Shown: one piece after another, positions 1 to 8,809 of the stretch | Layout: each line of letters begins with the position of its first letter | Numbering within the stretch: position 1 is the first letter of the stretch | DNA from: Candidatus Wolfebacteria bacterium RIFOXYB1_FULL_54_12 | GTDB lineage: Bacteria > Patescibacteriota > Minisyncoccia > UBA6257 > UBA9933 | Reading direction: 5' to 3' | Assembly: GCA_001793895.1 (NCBI GenBank) | Contig: MGIT01000004.1 | Location: 8,517-65,464 of the forward strand | Length of the DNA stretch: 56,948 nucleotides | Position numbers and translations under genes: made by a program | The notes under the pieces: model-generated | What the model saw: the letters and a program-made list of their open reading frames with translations, nothing else | Told to the model about the DNA's origin: nothing | Database searches by the model: none

Positions 1-871
1 TCTTGATCTTTCCTATCGCCGCGTCGATTTCCTGCTTCGTTCGCTCGTCGATACCTTCAATAAAATATTCTTTCGGCAAGCCTACGCGCAATTTTTTAAT
101 ATTTTCCAGTTTTGGGTGCAACAGCTCTTCGTCATATTCAGCATCAACGCTTGTCGCATCGAGCGGATCTTTTCCCTTGATCGCGTTAAACAGTATCGCC
201 GCATCTTCGACCGTTTTGGTCAAGGGGCCAATCTGATCGAGACTCGACGCCATGGCTATAGCGCCCGAACGCGACACCGCGCCGTAGGTCGGCTTCAACC
301 CGACCACGCCACACAAACTCGCCGGCTGGCGAATGGAACCGCCCGTGTCGGTGCCCAGCGCCGCCACAGCCATGTGCGCCGCAACTGCCGCGGCAGAGCC
401 TCCCGAAGAACCTCCTGGGACGCGCTCGAGGTCGTGCGGATTCTTTGTTACCTTGAACGCCGAGTTTTCTGTAGACGAACCCATGGCGAATTCATCCATG
501 TTCGTTTTGCCCAAAAATATCGCTCCCGCTTCCTTGAGTTTCTTGATCACGGTCGCGTCATATGCGGCGGTATATTTTTCCAGCATCTTCGATGCGGCGG
601 TCGCGGGCAGACCTTTCACCAATAGATTATCCTTGATAGCCATCGGCACACCTGCCAACGGCCCCACGTCTTCGCCTTTTGCGATGGCAACATCGACAGC
701 TGCGGCTGCGGCCAATGCGCCGTCTTTATCCAAACTCAAATACGCCTGCACTTCCGCATCACGCGTCTCGATATAATCAAAAAATTCCTTCGTTAACTCA
801 AACGCAGTAAACTCTTTGTTTTTCAATCCTTCCTGGATCTTTTTAATTGTTAAATCTTTTAGAAATAGCAT
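1..871 (-). CDS. gatA: Glu-tRNA(Gln)/Asp-tRNA(Asn) amidotransferase subunit A, N-terminal ~290 aa (gene runs off left edge)
   Basis: Own reverse translation from ATG at 871 gives [41 protein letters not shown]... The amidase signature [13 protein letters not shown] is the antisense of listed + ORF 333..776. The gene lies directly downstream of gatC. Confidence 0.9.
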   Translation of the reverse strand, partial: MLFLKDLTIKKIQEGLKNKEFTAFELTKEFFDYIETRDAEVQAYLSLDKDGALAAAAAVDVAIAKGEDVGPLAGVPMAIKDNLLVKGLPATAASKMLEKYTAAYDATVIKKLKEAGAIFLGKTNMDEFAMGSSTENSAFKVTKNPHDLERVPGGSSGGSAAAVAAHMAVAALGTDTGGSIRQPASLCGVVGLKPTYGAVSRSGAIAMASSLDQIGPLTKTVEDAAILFNAIKGKDPLDATSVDAEYDEELLHPKLENIKKLRVGLPKEYFIEGIDERTKQEIDAAIGKIK

Positions 872-880
872 GGATGTTTT

Positions 881-997
881 GTCATCCTGAGTTAACTGAC
901 ATGTAATCATGTCACCCTGAACTTGTTTCAGGGTCTGCGTGTGTTTCAGGATCTTATTGTTTATATATGAGATTCCGGCTCGGAGGCCGGAATGACA
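881..997. repeat. 117-bp composite hairpin repeat with TGTCAT/ATGACA termini; inverted partner at 2720..2836
   Basis: The reverse complement of 881..997 matches 2720..2836 except for a ~13-bp central patch. Confidence 0.9.
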
Positions 998-1012
998 ATA
1001 CGCGCAATTTGT

Positions 1013-1324
1013 TTATTCCTCCCCTCCAAACACCGCCGGTACTTTCAAATACCCGCGAGCATGTTCCGGAAACGCATCAATGATATCTTTCGACGAGCCG
1101 TTTATTTCGCTTCGCGTATCTGCATCGTCTTCGCGAAATACATTCCGCTGTGCGGTTCCCCCGGTCATCGGCTCTACATTTGTAGTATCCACTTCGTTCA
1201 GTTCTTCAAAATGGGTCAGGATCTCTTCCAGATCCCCCGCGATCTTCTTTTTCTCGCCCTCGTCCAAATCCACGCGGGACAGTTTTGCGAGATATTCCAC
1301 TGTTTCTTCGGTGATATGCGCCAT
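1013..1324 (-). CDS. gatC: Asp/Glu-tRNA amidotransferase subunit C
   Basis: 103 aa, MAHITEETVEYLAKLSRVDLDEGEKKKIAGDLEEILTHFEELNEVDTTNVEP. This is the typical GatC length and motif, and it lies upstream of gatA. Confidence 0.9.
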   Translation of the reverse strand: MAHITEETVEYLAKLSRVDLDEGEKKKIAGDLEEILTHFEELNEVDTTNVEPMTGGTAQRNVFREDDADTRSEINGSSKDIIDAFPEHARGYLKVPAVFGGEE

Positions 1325-1429
1325 AGTTTCATTCTATATGATTTACATAAGGATGCAACATCCGGTAAAAAAAGACCTATTTATCATTGCGGACCATATC
1401 CGCAAATCAAAACAGGTCTTACTTTCCCA

Positions 1430-1870
1430 TTATCCACATAATGGGCCGCGAAAGATAAATTGCCTACCGATGGACCACTCACCCGGCGCATCTTTCGAAA
1501 ATGCGTGTATGCTCCACCCATTAAGAATCCACTCGACGCGAATGGCGTACTCCGCGATAAAAAATACTTGCCGAGTCTGCTTGCTTAGCTTGCCGCTACG
1601 CAACGCACCAAGCAGATCCCCGTAGCTCGTTTGCGCCTTTTCACCGCAGCCTATCTCGGCGATGATATCGCGACTCGGCACAGCTCGCCGCAACACAGTA
1701 CGGCTAAGCCGCGTGCCACTTTGAGCGCATACTCTTTCATTTTTGGTGATGTCCCGGAATGATGGGTCAATGTATACTATCCCATTCTTCCCCATCACAA
1801 ACTCATCACCGACCAAGCACTCTTCAATCGGCGCTACGCGTATCGAACCTACACATCTCAATAACTTCAT
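1430..1870 (-). CDS. hypothetical protein (146 aa from the ATG preceded by AAGGAGG)
   Basis: ORF 1430..1894. The internal ATG at 1870 has AAGGAGG 8 nt upstream. I recognise no family motif. Confidence 0.55.
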   Translation of the reverse strand: MKLLRCVGSIRVAPIEECLVGDEFVMGKNGIVYIDPSFRDITKNERVCAQSGTRLSRTVLRRAVPSRDIIAEIGCGEKAQTSYGDLLGALRSGKLSKQTRQVFFIAEYAIRVEWILNGWSIHAFSKDAPGEWSIGRQFIFRGPLCG

Positions 1871-1941
1871 GAATATATCCTCCTTGACCGCCATTTAAAA
1901 TATCTTCACTTAGCGTATATCCCCTCTGCTCACTCGTCAAG

Positions 1942-2712
1942 TCACAGCACGAACAGCAAAAACAATACCGCCACGGCGATGCGATAGATGCCGAACGAAA
2001 CAAATGTATTTCGCTGCACGTACTTAAGCAGCCATTTGATGCTTACCAACGCCACGAAAAACGAAACGATGAAACCGACTGCCAGCACATCAAACTGGTC
2101 GGCTGAAAAATCCTTGTAGCTTTTAGACAGGTCGAGCACCGTGGCCGCCAACATGGTCGGCACGGCAAGCAGGAACGAAAATTCCACGATGGTCTTGCGC
2201 TTCAGGCCCGCCAGCATGCCGCCGACGATGGTCGCCGCCGATCGCGACACGCCCGGGACCATGGCGACCGATTGCGCTACGCCAATAAGCGCCGCGCGCC
2301 CGTACGATAGGTGCGCCACATCTTCCACCGCGTCTTCTTTTTCGTTATGCGCAAACTCGAACGCGATCAGCAATATACCGCCGACGAGCAACGACAACAC
2401 CACCGTCATGTTACTGCTCAACAAGTATTGTTTTACGAATCCGTGCAACAGCAATCCGAGTATGCCGGTCGGGATAAATGCGACTGCGATGCGTTTCATC
2501 ACCTCTTTTTTTATAAACAGCGACTTCCAATACAACACCACCACCGACAAAATAGCGCCGAGCTGGATGGCGATCTCGAACGACTTCATGAAGCTGGTCT
2601 GCTCAAGCCGGAGCAGTTTCGCCGTCAGTATCAAATGCCCCGTTGAAGAAATCGGCAAAAATTCCGTAATTCCTTCGACGATTCCGAATATGATTGATTG
2701 AAGTATGGTCAT
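1942..2712 (-). CDS. uppP: undecaprenyl-diphosphate phosphatase
   Basis: VEGITEFLPISSTGHLIL motif in a polytopic membrane protein of 256 aa. Confidence 0.9.
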   Translation of the reverse strand: MTILQSIIFGIVEGITEFLPISSTGHLILTAKLLRLEQTSFMKSFEIAIQLGAILSVVVLYWKSLFIKKEVMKRIAVAFIPTGILGLLLHGFVKQYLLSSNMTVVLSLLVGGILLIAFEFAHNEKEDAVEDVAHLSYGRAALIGVAQSVAMVPGVSRSAATIVGGMLAGLKRKTIVEFSFLLAVPTMLAATVLDLSKSYKDFSADQFDVLAVGFIVSFFVALVSIKWLLKYVQRNTFVSFGIYRIAVAVLFLLFVL

Positions 2713-2719
2713 AGCAAGC

Positions 2720-2836
2720 TGTCATTCCGGCCTCCGAGCCGGAATCTCATCAAGTGAGCACGAGATCCTGAAACACACGCAGACCCTGAAACAAGTTCGG
2801 GGTGACATGATTACATGTCAGTTAACTCAGGATGAC
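2720..2836. repeat. 117-bp composite hairpin repeat, inverted copy of 881..997
   Basis: Direct comparison of the two sequences. Confidence 0.9.
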
Positions 2837-2858
2837 AAGTGTTAGGGTATATACGGCA

Positions 2859-3638
2859 TTATTTAATTCCAAATGCACTCTTTGCATTTTGTACCGTCTG
2901 CTTGCACACTTCTTCAAATGGCGCCTTTCGTACCCCCGCGAGTGCCCGGGCGACTTCTATAACATAGGAAGGTTCATTTCGCTTTCCGCGATACGGCTCG
3001 GGCGCCACAAATGGCGCATCCGTTTCGAGCAATATGCGCTCTTTCGGAATATACCGCAGTATCTCGTCGAACTCCCGATTGAACGTGATCAATCCGCCGA
3101 AAGTGAACATAAAACCAAAATCCAAAAATGTTTTTGCGTCTTCCTTTGTCCCGGTAAAGAAATGCAGGATGCCCGGCACTTCCGCGGGCATGTCGGCTAT
3201 CTGTTTTTTTATGACGCTTTTTACATCCGAAAACGCGTCGCGGCAATGCACCATAAGCGGCTTTTCCAGCTCTATTGCCAATGCGATGTGCTGTTCAAAC
3301 AGTTCTATTTGCCGCTCGCGTTCTTCATTGAACAAATGCGGTTCCACGCGAAAATAATCCAACCCGCACTCGCCGATGGCCACCACTTTTGCGTGTTTGC
3401 CTGTTTTTACATACCAATCGTAATCAAACACCTCCCGCTCATCGGGGTGCTGGCCAATGGTCGCAAAAACGCCCTCCGGATAGGCATCGCACAAGTCAAC
3501 CGCCGCTTGGGAATCCTTGCGGGTCGTTCCCACATTGACCATCCATATCTCTTTTTCAAGCGCACGCTTGATGACCTCGTCCCGATCGGGATTGAATTGT
3601 TTCAGTTGCACATGCGTGTGCGAATCAATGAGTTTCAT
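2859..3638 (-). CDS. TatD-family metal-dependent hydrolase/DNase
   Basis: MKLIDSHTHVQ..., AIGECGLDYF, PLMVHCRDA motifs. The upstream ATG at 3662 belongs to a TGTCAT repeat, so the start at 3638 is preferred. Confidence 0.85.
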   Translation of the reverse strand: MKLIDSHTHVQLKQFNPDRDEVIKRALEKEIWMVNVGTTRKDSQAAVDLCDAYPEGVFATIGQHPDEREVFDYDWYVKTGKHAKVVAIGECGLDYFRVEPHLFNEERERQIELFEQHIALAIELEKPLMVHCRDAFSDVKSVIKKQIADMPAEVPGILHFFTGTKEDAKTFLDFGFMFTFGGLITFNREFDEILRYIPKERILLETDAPFVAPEPYRGKRNEPSYVIEVARALAGVRKAPFEEVCKQTVQNAKSAFGIK

Positions 3639-3656
3639 TTGTTTATAATATATCCT

Positions 3657-3758
3657 TGTCATTCCCGTCTCAGCCGCTTGTCATCCCTGCGAAAGCAGGG
3701 ATCTATGCCACCGCAGATTCCTTCCGCCAGCGGGCGGACTAAAGGCACAGGAATGACA
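3657..3758. repeat. hairpin-repeat cluster (TGTCAT...ATGACA family)
   Basis: tgtcattcccgtct..., gtcatccctgcgaaagcagggat..., ...ggaatgaca. Confidence 0.8.
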
Positions 3759-3813
3759 AAAGGTAAGTATTTTGTATTTCTCGTACCTCTCACCTCTCAT
3801 CTCTTGCCTCTTG

Positions 3814-4812
3814 TTACAGCGTCGCTTGCCGATGTTTACGTGCGGCAAAATCATCTACCAGCTCCTGCACGACAACCACAAACGGAATGGCGAGAATTAC
3901 GCCGATAAGCCCATACAATTGATACCCCGCCACAATAGATAGTGCCACGATGACCGGATGGATGCCCGTTGTCTTGCGCATCACAAGCGGAAGCACGATA
4001 TGCGCTTCAAGCTGATGAATGACAAAAAACAGTACCAGCGTTGCTATGCCCAGTGTCATAGATTGGGAGATCGCGATCAGAAACGCCACTGCCCCAGCCA
4101 CAATAGGCCCGACGAACGGAATGATCTCCAATGCGCCCGCCAAGAGTGCGAGTACCAACGCGTAGTTTACGCCAAGCAGTTTTAATCCGATGAACGATGT
4201 GATTGCCACGATCAAACTTAAAAATATCTGCCCTTCGAGCCACTTGCCTATTTTCTTTCGCGCACGATGCATGACCCCAATTGCATACCCTTCATATTCG
4301 ATCGGCAACACGGCACGCAAAAACCCTTCAATGCCGTCGCGATACCATGCGAGATAAATAGATATAACCACAACCGTGACGAACATGACCATATTCTCGA
4401 ACAACTGCGGTATGAACTTGCCGATGGAAAATCCACCCGCGGTCAATGAATCACCCAGCCCGCTCAAGCCTCCGCCGATATTCGGTATGCCCACCAAGCC
4501 GCCCAACGCAGCTTCGAGCATGCCGACATTGTCCGCAAGGTCCTTCATTTCAATGAGCACAATCGGTACGACCGTGTAGATCAACAGGGCGACGATCGAA
4601 AATACAGAAGCCATTATGAACAAAATACCCATGATGCGCGGGATCTTTTGACGCTCAAGCCAATTAAGCGGAGCGTCCAGCGCGGAAGAAATGACGATCG
4701 CCAAAAACAACACGGCAACCACCTCCCGCATGAAATATGCCATACTGACCGCCGTGACCATGATCACAATACGCCACAACGAGTTCCATGTTATTTCCAA
4801 GTTCCGCTCCAT
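3814..4812 (-). CDS. AI-2E (PerM/YhhT) family transporter
   Basis: 332 aa polytopic protein with C-terminal LLAGALEIIPFVGPIVAGAVAFLIA-type motif. Confidence 0.8.
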   Translation of the reverse strand: MERNLEITWNSLWRIVIMVTAVSMAYFMREVVAVLFLAIVISSALDAPLNWLERQKIPRIMGILFIMASVFSIVALLIYTVVPIVLIEMKDLADNVGMLEAALGGLVGIPNIGGGLSGLGDSLTAGGFSIGKFIPQLFENMVMFVTVVVISIYLAWYRDGIEGFLRAVLPIEYEGYAIGVMHRARKKIGKWLEGQIFLSLIVAITSFIGLKLLGVNYALVLALLAGALEIIPFVGPIVAGAVAFLIAISQSMTLGIATLVLFFVIHQLEAHIVLPLVMRKTTGIHPVIVALSIVAGYQLYGLIGVILAIPFVVVVQELVDDFAARKHRQATL

Positions 4813-4932
4813 GGCTCCATTGTACGTTGTGCTTGACTTTTTTTCAATTGATTGTCATTCCCGTCCGCCAGCTGGCGGAGGAATCCACTTCATTATCCCG
4901 CCGCTCACGGCGATTTAATTATTACTACTCTG

Positions 4933-5003
4933 TCAGGCTGCCGGGAATCGAACCCGGACCGCAAGACCCCCAGCCTTGAATACTACCACTATACGACAGC
5001 CTG
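4933..5003 (-). tRNA. tRNA-Pro (anticodon GGG)
   Basis: The reverse complement folds as a cloverleaf. Acceptor CAGGCTG/CAGCCTG (C1-G72 as in bacterial tRNA-Pro), anticodon arm CAAGG-CTGGGGG-TCTTG, T arm CCGGG-TTCGATT-CCCGG. No CCA is encoded. Confidence 0.8.
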
Positions 5004-5101
5004 CCCGTTTGTCATTCCCGCGGAGGCGGGAATCCACTACCTTATTTATCAAGATATATTCCACCATACCGAACTTCGGTGCTTTTTTCAATAAAGTTTT
5101 T

Positions 5102-5170
5102 TGTCATTCCGGCCTCCGAGCCGGAATCTTACCTAATCACCACGAGATTCTGAAACAAGTTCAGAATGAC
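5102..5170. repeat. ~70-bp double-hairpin element
   Basis: tgtcattccggcctccgagccggaatct-N-gattctgaaacaagttcagaatgac. Confidence 0.85.
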
Positions 5171-5177
5171 GATGTAA

Positions 5178-5200
5178 CAAAAAAACGGCTTGTGCCGTTT
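5178..5200 (-). terminator. Rho-independent terminator after rpmB (bidirectional shape)
   Basis: Stem ACGGC-ttgt-GCCGT flanked by A7 and T7 runs. Confidence 0.6.
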
Positions 5201-5202
5201 TT

Positions 5203-5406
5203 TTACTTTGCCGTTGCTTCAGCTTCTTTCTTTTTTACGGTGCGGATGCACTGGGTGCATGCGTTAACACGCAGACCTTCCATAACGGTCAGCTTCTGAA
5301 GATTCGGATATCGTCTTGTTCGGACGGTCGGGTTGTAGTTGCCGCGGAGCTTTTTGCGCGCGCCGTGCATCATGGAACCTTTTCCGCAAATTTCACACTG
5401 TCTCAT
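5203..5406 (-). CDS. rpmB: 50S ribosomal protein L28
   Basis: MRQCEICGKGSMMHGARKKLRGNYNPTVRTRRYPNLQ, 67 aa. Confidence 0.9.
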   Translation of the reverse strand: MRQCEICGKGSMMHGARKKLRGNYNPTVRTRRYPNLQKLTVMEGLRVNACTQCIRTVKKKEAEATAK

Positions 5407-5666
5407 AGTTTTCGTATAGTACCTTAGATTTTTCCACTTGTAAAGCCCCTCGCGGGGCCTTGCAAGTGAATATCGGCATGTGATATCCCGACTGTAAGTC
5501 AGGTGGGTGAGTTCAACCGAAGTCCTAAGACCTCGATACTATTACTCTCCCAAATCAACATTGATAACTCGAGAATCATTGCCGATACTCTATTATCAGT
5601 ATAGCAATTACGCCACAATTATCAAGCCTACATGTTGCATGTTACATGTTTCATGCTACATGCAAC

Positions 5667-6272
5667 TTACTCCAATATTCCGTCCAAATTCACATCGTAC
5701 AGGATCTTGTCTTGAATCAATTTGTAGTCAATCAATTCTTCCTTTTTGAACCACAAGTCGATCTCCTTGTGTGCATCGTCCACGGTTCCCGATGCATGAA
5801 GCAAATTGCGAATCGCGCGCTTATCCGCGTCAGACAACTGATACGAATCGATGACATAATCTCCGCGGATCGTTCCCACGTCGGAGGTAAGCGGCTCGGT
5901 CGAACCGGTCAGCTTGCGCACGATTTTTACCGCGTGCACACCTTCCCACACCATCGCAACCACCGGACCCGAGGTCATGAATGTTTTCAAATGTCCGAGA
6001 ATAATTCCCGTGATCTCGTGCGGATCTTCGGACGGAGGCGTTTGCCCCTTATCCCGATAACCCTTAATGGTCTTTTCTCCCGTAATACGCCTCCACTCCG
6101 GATCTATCGTGTAATGCTTTTCGATGAAAGCAGGATCGGCAACCATCATTTTCATGCCCGCCAACTTGAGTCCCGATCGTTCAAAACGCTTTATGATCTC
6201 GCCAATGAGCGAGCGCTGCACGCCATCCGGTTTTACGACAACCAATGTTCGTTCTTTTTTCATATTGTGCAT
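5667..6272 (-). CDS. ndk: nucleoside-diphosphate kinase (long form, 201 aa)
   Basis: RTLVVVKPDGVQRSLIGEIIKRFERSGLKLAGMKMM and NLLHASGT motifs, with an internal insertion relative to ~140-aa Ndk. Confidence 0.85.
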   Translation of the reverse strand: MHNMKKERTLVVVKPDGVQRSLIGEIIKRFERSGLKLAGMKMMVADPAFIEKHYTIDPEWRRITGEKTIKGYRDKGQTPPSEDPHEITGIILGHLKTFMTSGPVVAMVWEGVHAVKIVRKLTGSTEPLTSDVGTIRGDYVIDSYQLSDADKRAIRNLLHASGTVDDAHKEIDLWFKKEELIDYKLIQDKILYDVNLDGILE

Positions 6273-6274
6273 GT

Positions 6275-6343
6275 TGTCATTCCGGACTTGATCCGGAATC
6301 TCATTGATCGAACACGAGATCCTGAAACAAGTTCAGGATGACA
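6275..6343. repeat. ~70-bp double-hairpin element
   Basis: tgtcattccggacttgatccggaatct-N-gatcctgaaacaagttcaggatgaca. Confidence 0.85.
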
Positions 6344-6350
6344 CGCTAAA

Positions 6351-7748
6351 TTATTTTTTCTTATCTATCTTAATTTGCAATTCCTTCAGCTGTTTTTCCG
6401 TGAACTCCGACGGGGTGTCGACCATCAGATCGCGACCATCGCCGGTCTTTGGGAATGCGATGACCTCGCGGATGTTTGGCTCGTTCTGCAATATCATCAC
6501 AATGCGATCGATGCCCGGGGCGATGCCTCCATGGGGCGGAGTGCCCAGCTTGAACGCATCGAGCATGTGCCCGTAATCGGTTTGGATCTTTTCGTCTGAA
6601 TAGCCCATGATCTCCAGCACCTTATGCAACGCTTCAGGGCGATGATTGCGAATGCTTCCTCCGCCGATCTCGTATCCGTTCAACACGATGTCGTATTGGT
6701 CGGCCAATATCTCGGCGATGTTTTCCTTGTTCATCAGCGAATCCATGTGCTCCGGTTGCGGAGCGGAAAATGGATTGTGCGTAAAGGTCCATTCGCCGGT
6801 CTCTTCGTCTTTTTCAAAGAACGGAAAGTCAATGACCCAGCAGAATGCGAGCAGGTCCGGATCGTTCTTATCTTCACGAATGTCGGGCCTGTCGTTGCCG
6901 TACTTTTCCATCGATTCCTTATAGGTAATGCGCGGGAACGGTTTTTGCTGGATGCGCTTGTTCGGATAGTGCGTTTCAACAAGCTTGATGAGCATGTCTT
7001 CGATGATGTCCATTACTTCCCCGCTTTTGGCAAAGCTCATTTCCATATCGAGCTGGGTGAACTCCGGCTGGCGATCGCCGCGGGTGTCCTCATCGCGGAA
7101 GCAACGAGCTATTTGAAAGTATCGTTCCAACCCTGCGACCATCAGCAACTGTTTGTACTGTTGCGGTGATTGCGGCAATGCATAGCACTTGCCCGGATAG
7201 ATGCGCGACGGCACCAAGTAATCGCGGGAGCCCTCCGGTGTGGCCTTGCCGAGCGCCGGGGTTTCCACTTCGATAAAGTCGAGCTCGGACAAATAATTTC
7301 TGAAAAAGTTCACCACTTTGGCACGCATCTTCAAGTTTTTTTCCATGCGCTCGCGCCGCAGATCGAGCGGGCGATATTTCATGCGGGCCTCTTCGCTGAT
7401 CTCCCGGCCATCGGTATCGATCGGGATCGGCAGCTCTTCCGCTTTGTTCAATATTTCCAATCCTTCGGCAAGTATTTCATATGCCCCGAATTCCTGATCG
7501 GCGTTGACCATGTTGTCGGGTCGCTTGTTCACTTTGCCCGTCAAACGCACCACCCATTCGGCTCGCAATTCGCTTGCCGCCTCGTGCACTTCCTGCGGTT
7601 TCGGTAAAAAAACAACCTGCACCAAGCCACTCCTGTCTTTCAGGTCGATGAATATTAGCTTTCCGTGGTCGCGACGGTTTCGCACCCACCCTTCAAGCAC
7701 GACAGACTCGCCCTCTTTGGCGATCATTTCTCTAATAAGTGTCCGCAT
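6351..7748 (-). CDS. aspS: aspartyl-tRNA synthetase, bacterial-type core lacking the GAD insertion (465 aa)
   Basis: Motifs LPQSPQQYKQLLMVAG, FRDEDTRGDRQPEFTQLDMEMSF, GGGSIRNH, PPHGGIAPGIDR. The GNDRPDIR segment joins directly to FCWVIDFPFFE. Confidence 0.9.
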   Translation of the reverse strand: MRTLIREMIAKEGESVVLEGWVRNRRDHGKLIFIDLKDRSGLVQVVFLPKPQEVHEAASELRAEWVVRLTGKVNKRPDNMVNADQEFGAYEILAEGLEILNKAEELPIPIDTDGREISEEARMKYRPLDLRRERMEKNLKMRAKVVNFFRNYLSELDFIEVETPALGKATPEGSRDYLVPSRIYPGKCYALPQSPQQYKQLLMVAGLERYFQIARCFRDEDTRGDRQPEFTQLDMEMSFAKSGEVMDIIEDMLIKLVETHYPNKRIQQKPFPRITYKESMEKYGNDRPDIREDKNDPDLLAFCWVIDFPFFEKDEETGEWTFTHNPFSAPQPEHMDSLMNKENIAEILADQYDIVLNGYEIGGGSIRNHRPEALHKVLEIMGYSDEKIQTDYGHMLDAFKLGTPPHGGIAPGIDRIVMILQNEPNIREVIAFPKTGDGRDLMVDTPSEFTEKQLKELQIKIDKKK

Positions 7749-7786
7749 AGTGGTACAACATTAGCATTTTTGCACCTCCTTCGCAA

Positions 7787-7820
7787 CAAAAAAAATCGCA
7801 CTCACCTTTCGATGAGTGCG
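7787..7820 (-). terminator. Rho-independent terminator ending the small-ORF transcription unit
   Basis: Minus strand reads CGCACTCA-tcgaaagg-TGAGTGCG followed by T8. Confidence 0.7.
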
Positions 7821-7825
7821 GTTGC

Positions 7826-7900
7826 TACGCTTCGTCAATTTTTTAAACAGTGTGGTTTTCTTCCACCTTTAGCGTCGGTTATGCGTTCTCAAGCCCGACG
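7826..7900 (-). repeat. conserved two-hairpin element (A-B half module), copy 1
   Basis: Minus strand: CGTCGG-N16-CCGACG, GTGGAAGAAAACCAC, AAAAAATTGACGAAGCG. Confidence 0.8.
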
Positions 7901-7907
7901 AGTACCG

Positions 7908-8054
7908 CTACCCGTTGTAATCAACGATTAGCGGACATGTTACCATCGCCACAACCCCCACCAGGATTACAGCTGGGATCCAATGCCCGAACCCGAGTAT
8001 TGATATCCCCATACAAACCGCCATGGTAGCGGCCCACTGATATATAATTTTCAT
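7908..8054 (-). CDS. 48-aa hydrophobic peptide (two predicted TM segments)
   Basis: Own translation: MKIIYQWAATMAVCMGISILGFGHWIPAVILVGVVAMVTCPLIVDYNG. GAGGAGG lies 4 nt upstream of the ATG. It is below the ORF-track length cutoff. Confidence 0.55.
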   Translation of the reverse strand: MKIIYQWAATMAVCMGISILGFGHWIPAVILVGVVAMVTCPLIVDYNG

Positions 8055-8097
8055 ACTGCCTCCTCGCCCGTTTACCGGGCAATGTTTTTTAAATGTG

Positions 8098-8250
8098 CAC
8101 TTCCTTCGAATTCCCGTTCTGTGAACCGAAACTCGATGAGAAGGGGCAAGCGATAAATCTATCGCTTGCCCATACGCTTCGTCAATTTTTTAGACAGTGT
8201 GGTTTTCTTCCACGATTAGCGTCGGTTATGCGTGCTCAAGCCCGACGGGG
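8098..8250 (-). repeat. conserved multi-hairpin element (full A-B-C-D module), copy 2
   Basis: Same A and B hairpins as copy 1, plus GGGCAAGCG-loop-CGCTTGCCC and CGGTTC-acag-GAACGGG hairpins. Confidence 0.8.
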
Positions 8251-8268
8251 CAACCACTATCACAAGGG

Positions 8269-8550
8269 TCAGATCCTTCTTACCCTTGAGACATAGCACA
8301 GCTCTACTCTTCTTTCTCCGCAGAGGCACTCCCCTGTGTCGAACACGACACGCCCTTCCTCCGTGAGCTTTCTAAACTTGCCGGTGCATGTTCTGCACCG
8401 TAGCCTCCCCGGCTCTTCCGGGTCCCTCTCTACCTCGATTTTCTCCCCCGGCAGGAGGTTTAGCTTACGAACCTCCTCCGCCATCTTTATAGACTTCTGG
8501 CGATAGGGCCCATCAGAAAACAAACTCAAGAACTTTTGAAATCCTTTCAT
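8269..8550 (-). CDS. hypothetical 93-aa protein with possible zinc-ribbon cysteines
   Basis: CRTC...C.C pattern (RLRCRTCTGKF...GECLCGE). Its 5' leader is identical to that of the 48-aa ORF. Confidence 0.55.
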   Translation of the reverse strand: MKGFQKFLSLFSDGPYRQKSIKMAEEVRKLNLLPGEKIEVERDPEEPGRLRCRTCTGKFRKLTEEGRVVFDTGECLCGERRVELCYVSRVRRI

Positions 8551-8639
8551 ACTGCCTCCTCGCCCGTTTACCGGGCAATGTTTTTGGAAAGATCAAATGT
8601 CAGGTTGGTTGTTTTTTACACTTCCATCCTTACACCCTT

Positions 8640-8668
8640 ACAATACCAGTATTCACAAAATGTGTCAA
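8640..8668 (-). promoter_or_regulatory. sigma70-like promoter for the 93-aa/48-aa ORF unit
   Basis: Minus strand TTGACA-17 nt-TATTGT. The downstream GTAAGGATGGAAG is shared with the promoter at 11721..11749. Confidence 0.45.
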
Positions 8669-8809
8669 CTATTCCGTCAAACTCTTAGTTTACTTTTCTT
8701 TCCTTTCTTATTTTTCCGCATAAACATTGACAAAATCCTTGCTTTTGGTAGTATATAAAAAACGGTCCTTTCGTCGACATATTCATATAATCACACTTGT
8801 ATCGCCGCC

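Noticed and set aside
333-776. Long plus-strand ORFs overlapping strong minus-strand genes. Also 2832..3908, 5646..6341, 18391..19458, 29575..30432, 39344..40351 (minus strand, antisense to the plus-strand giant gene), 49189..49992 and 55381..56358.
   Set aside because: Each is antisense to a gene with unmistakable family motifs or a good RBS. Their translations are low-complexity Arg/His/Leu-rich sequences with no motifs.
5432-5466. The hairpin CACTTGTAAAGCCCC-tcgc-GGGGCCTTGCAAGTG upstream of rpmB as a terminator or ribosomal leader.
   Set aside because: There is no U-run on either strand, only a single copy, and it overlaps a possible TTTACA-17-TACTAT promoter. The evidence is insufficient to call a function.
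7826-8250. AAAAAATTGACG in the repeated module as a promoter -35 box with a UP element.
   Set aside because: A -10 hexamer at the proper spacing is not conserved among the four copies. Copy 1 is followed directly by a terminator.
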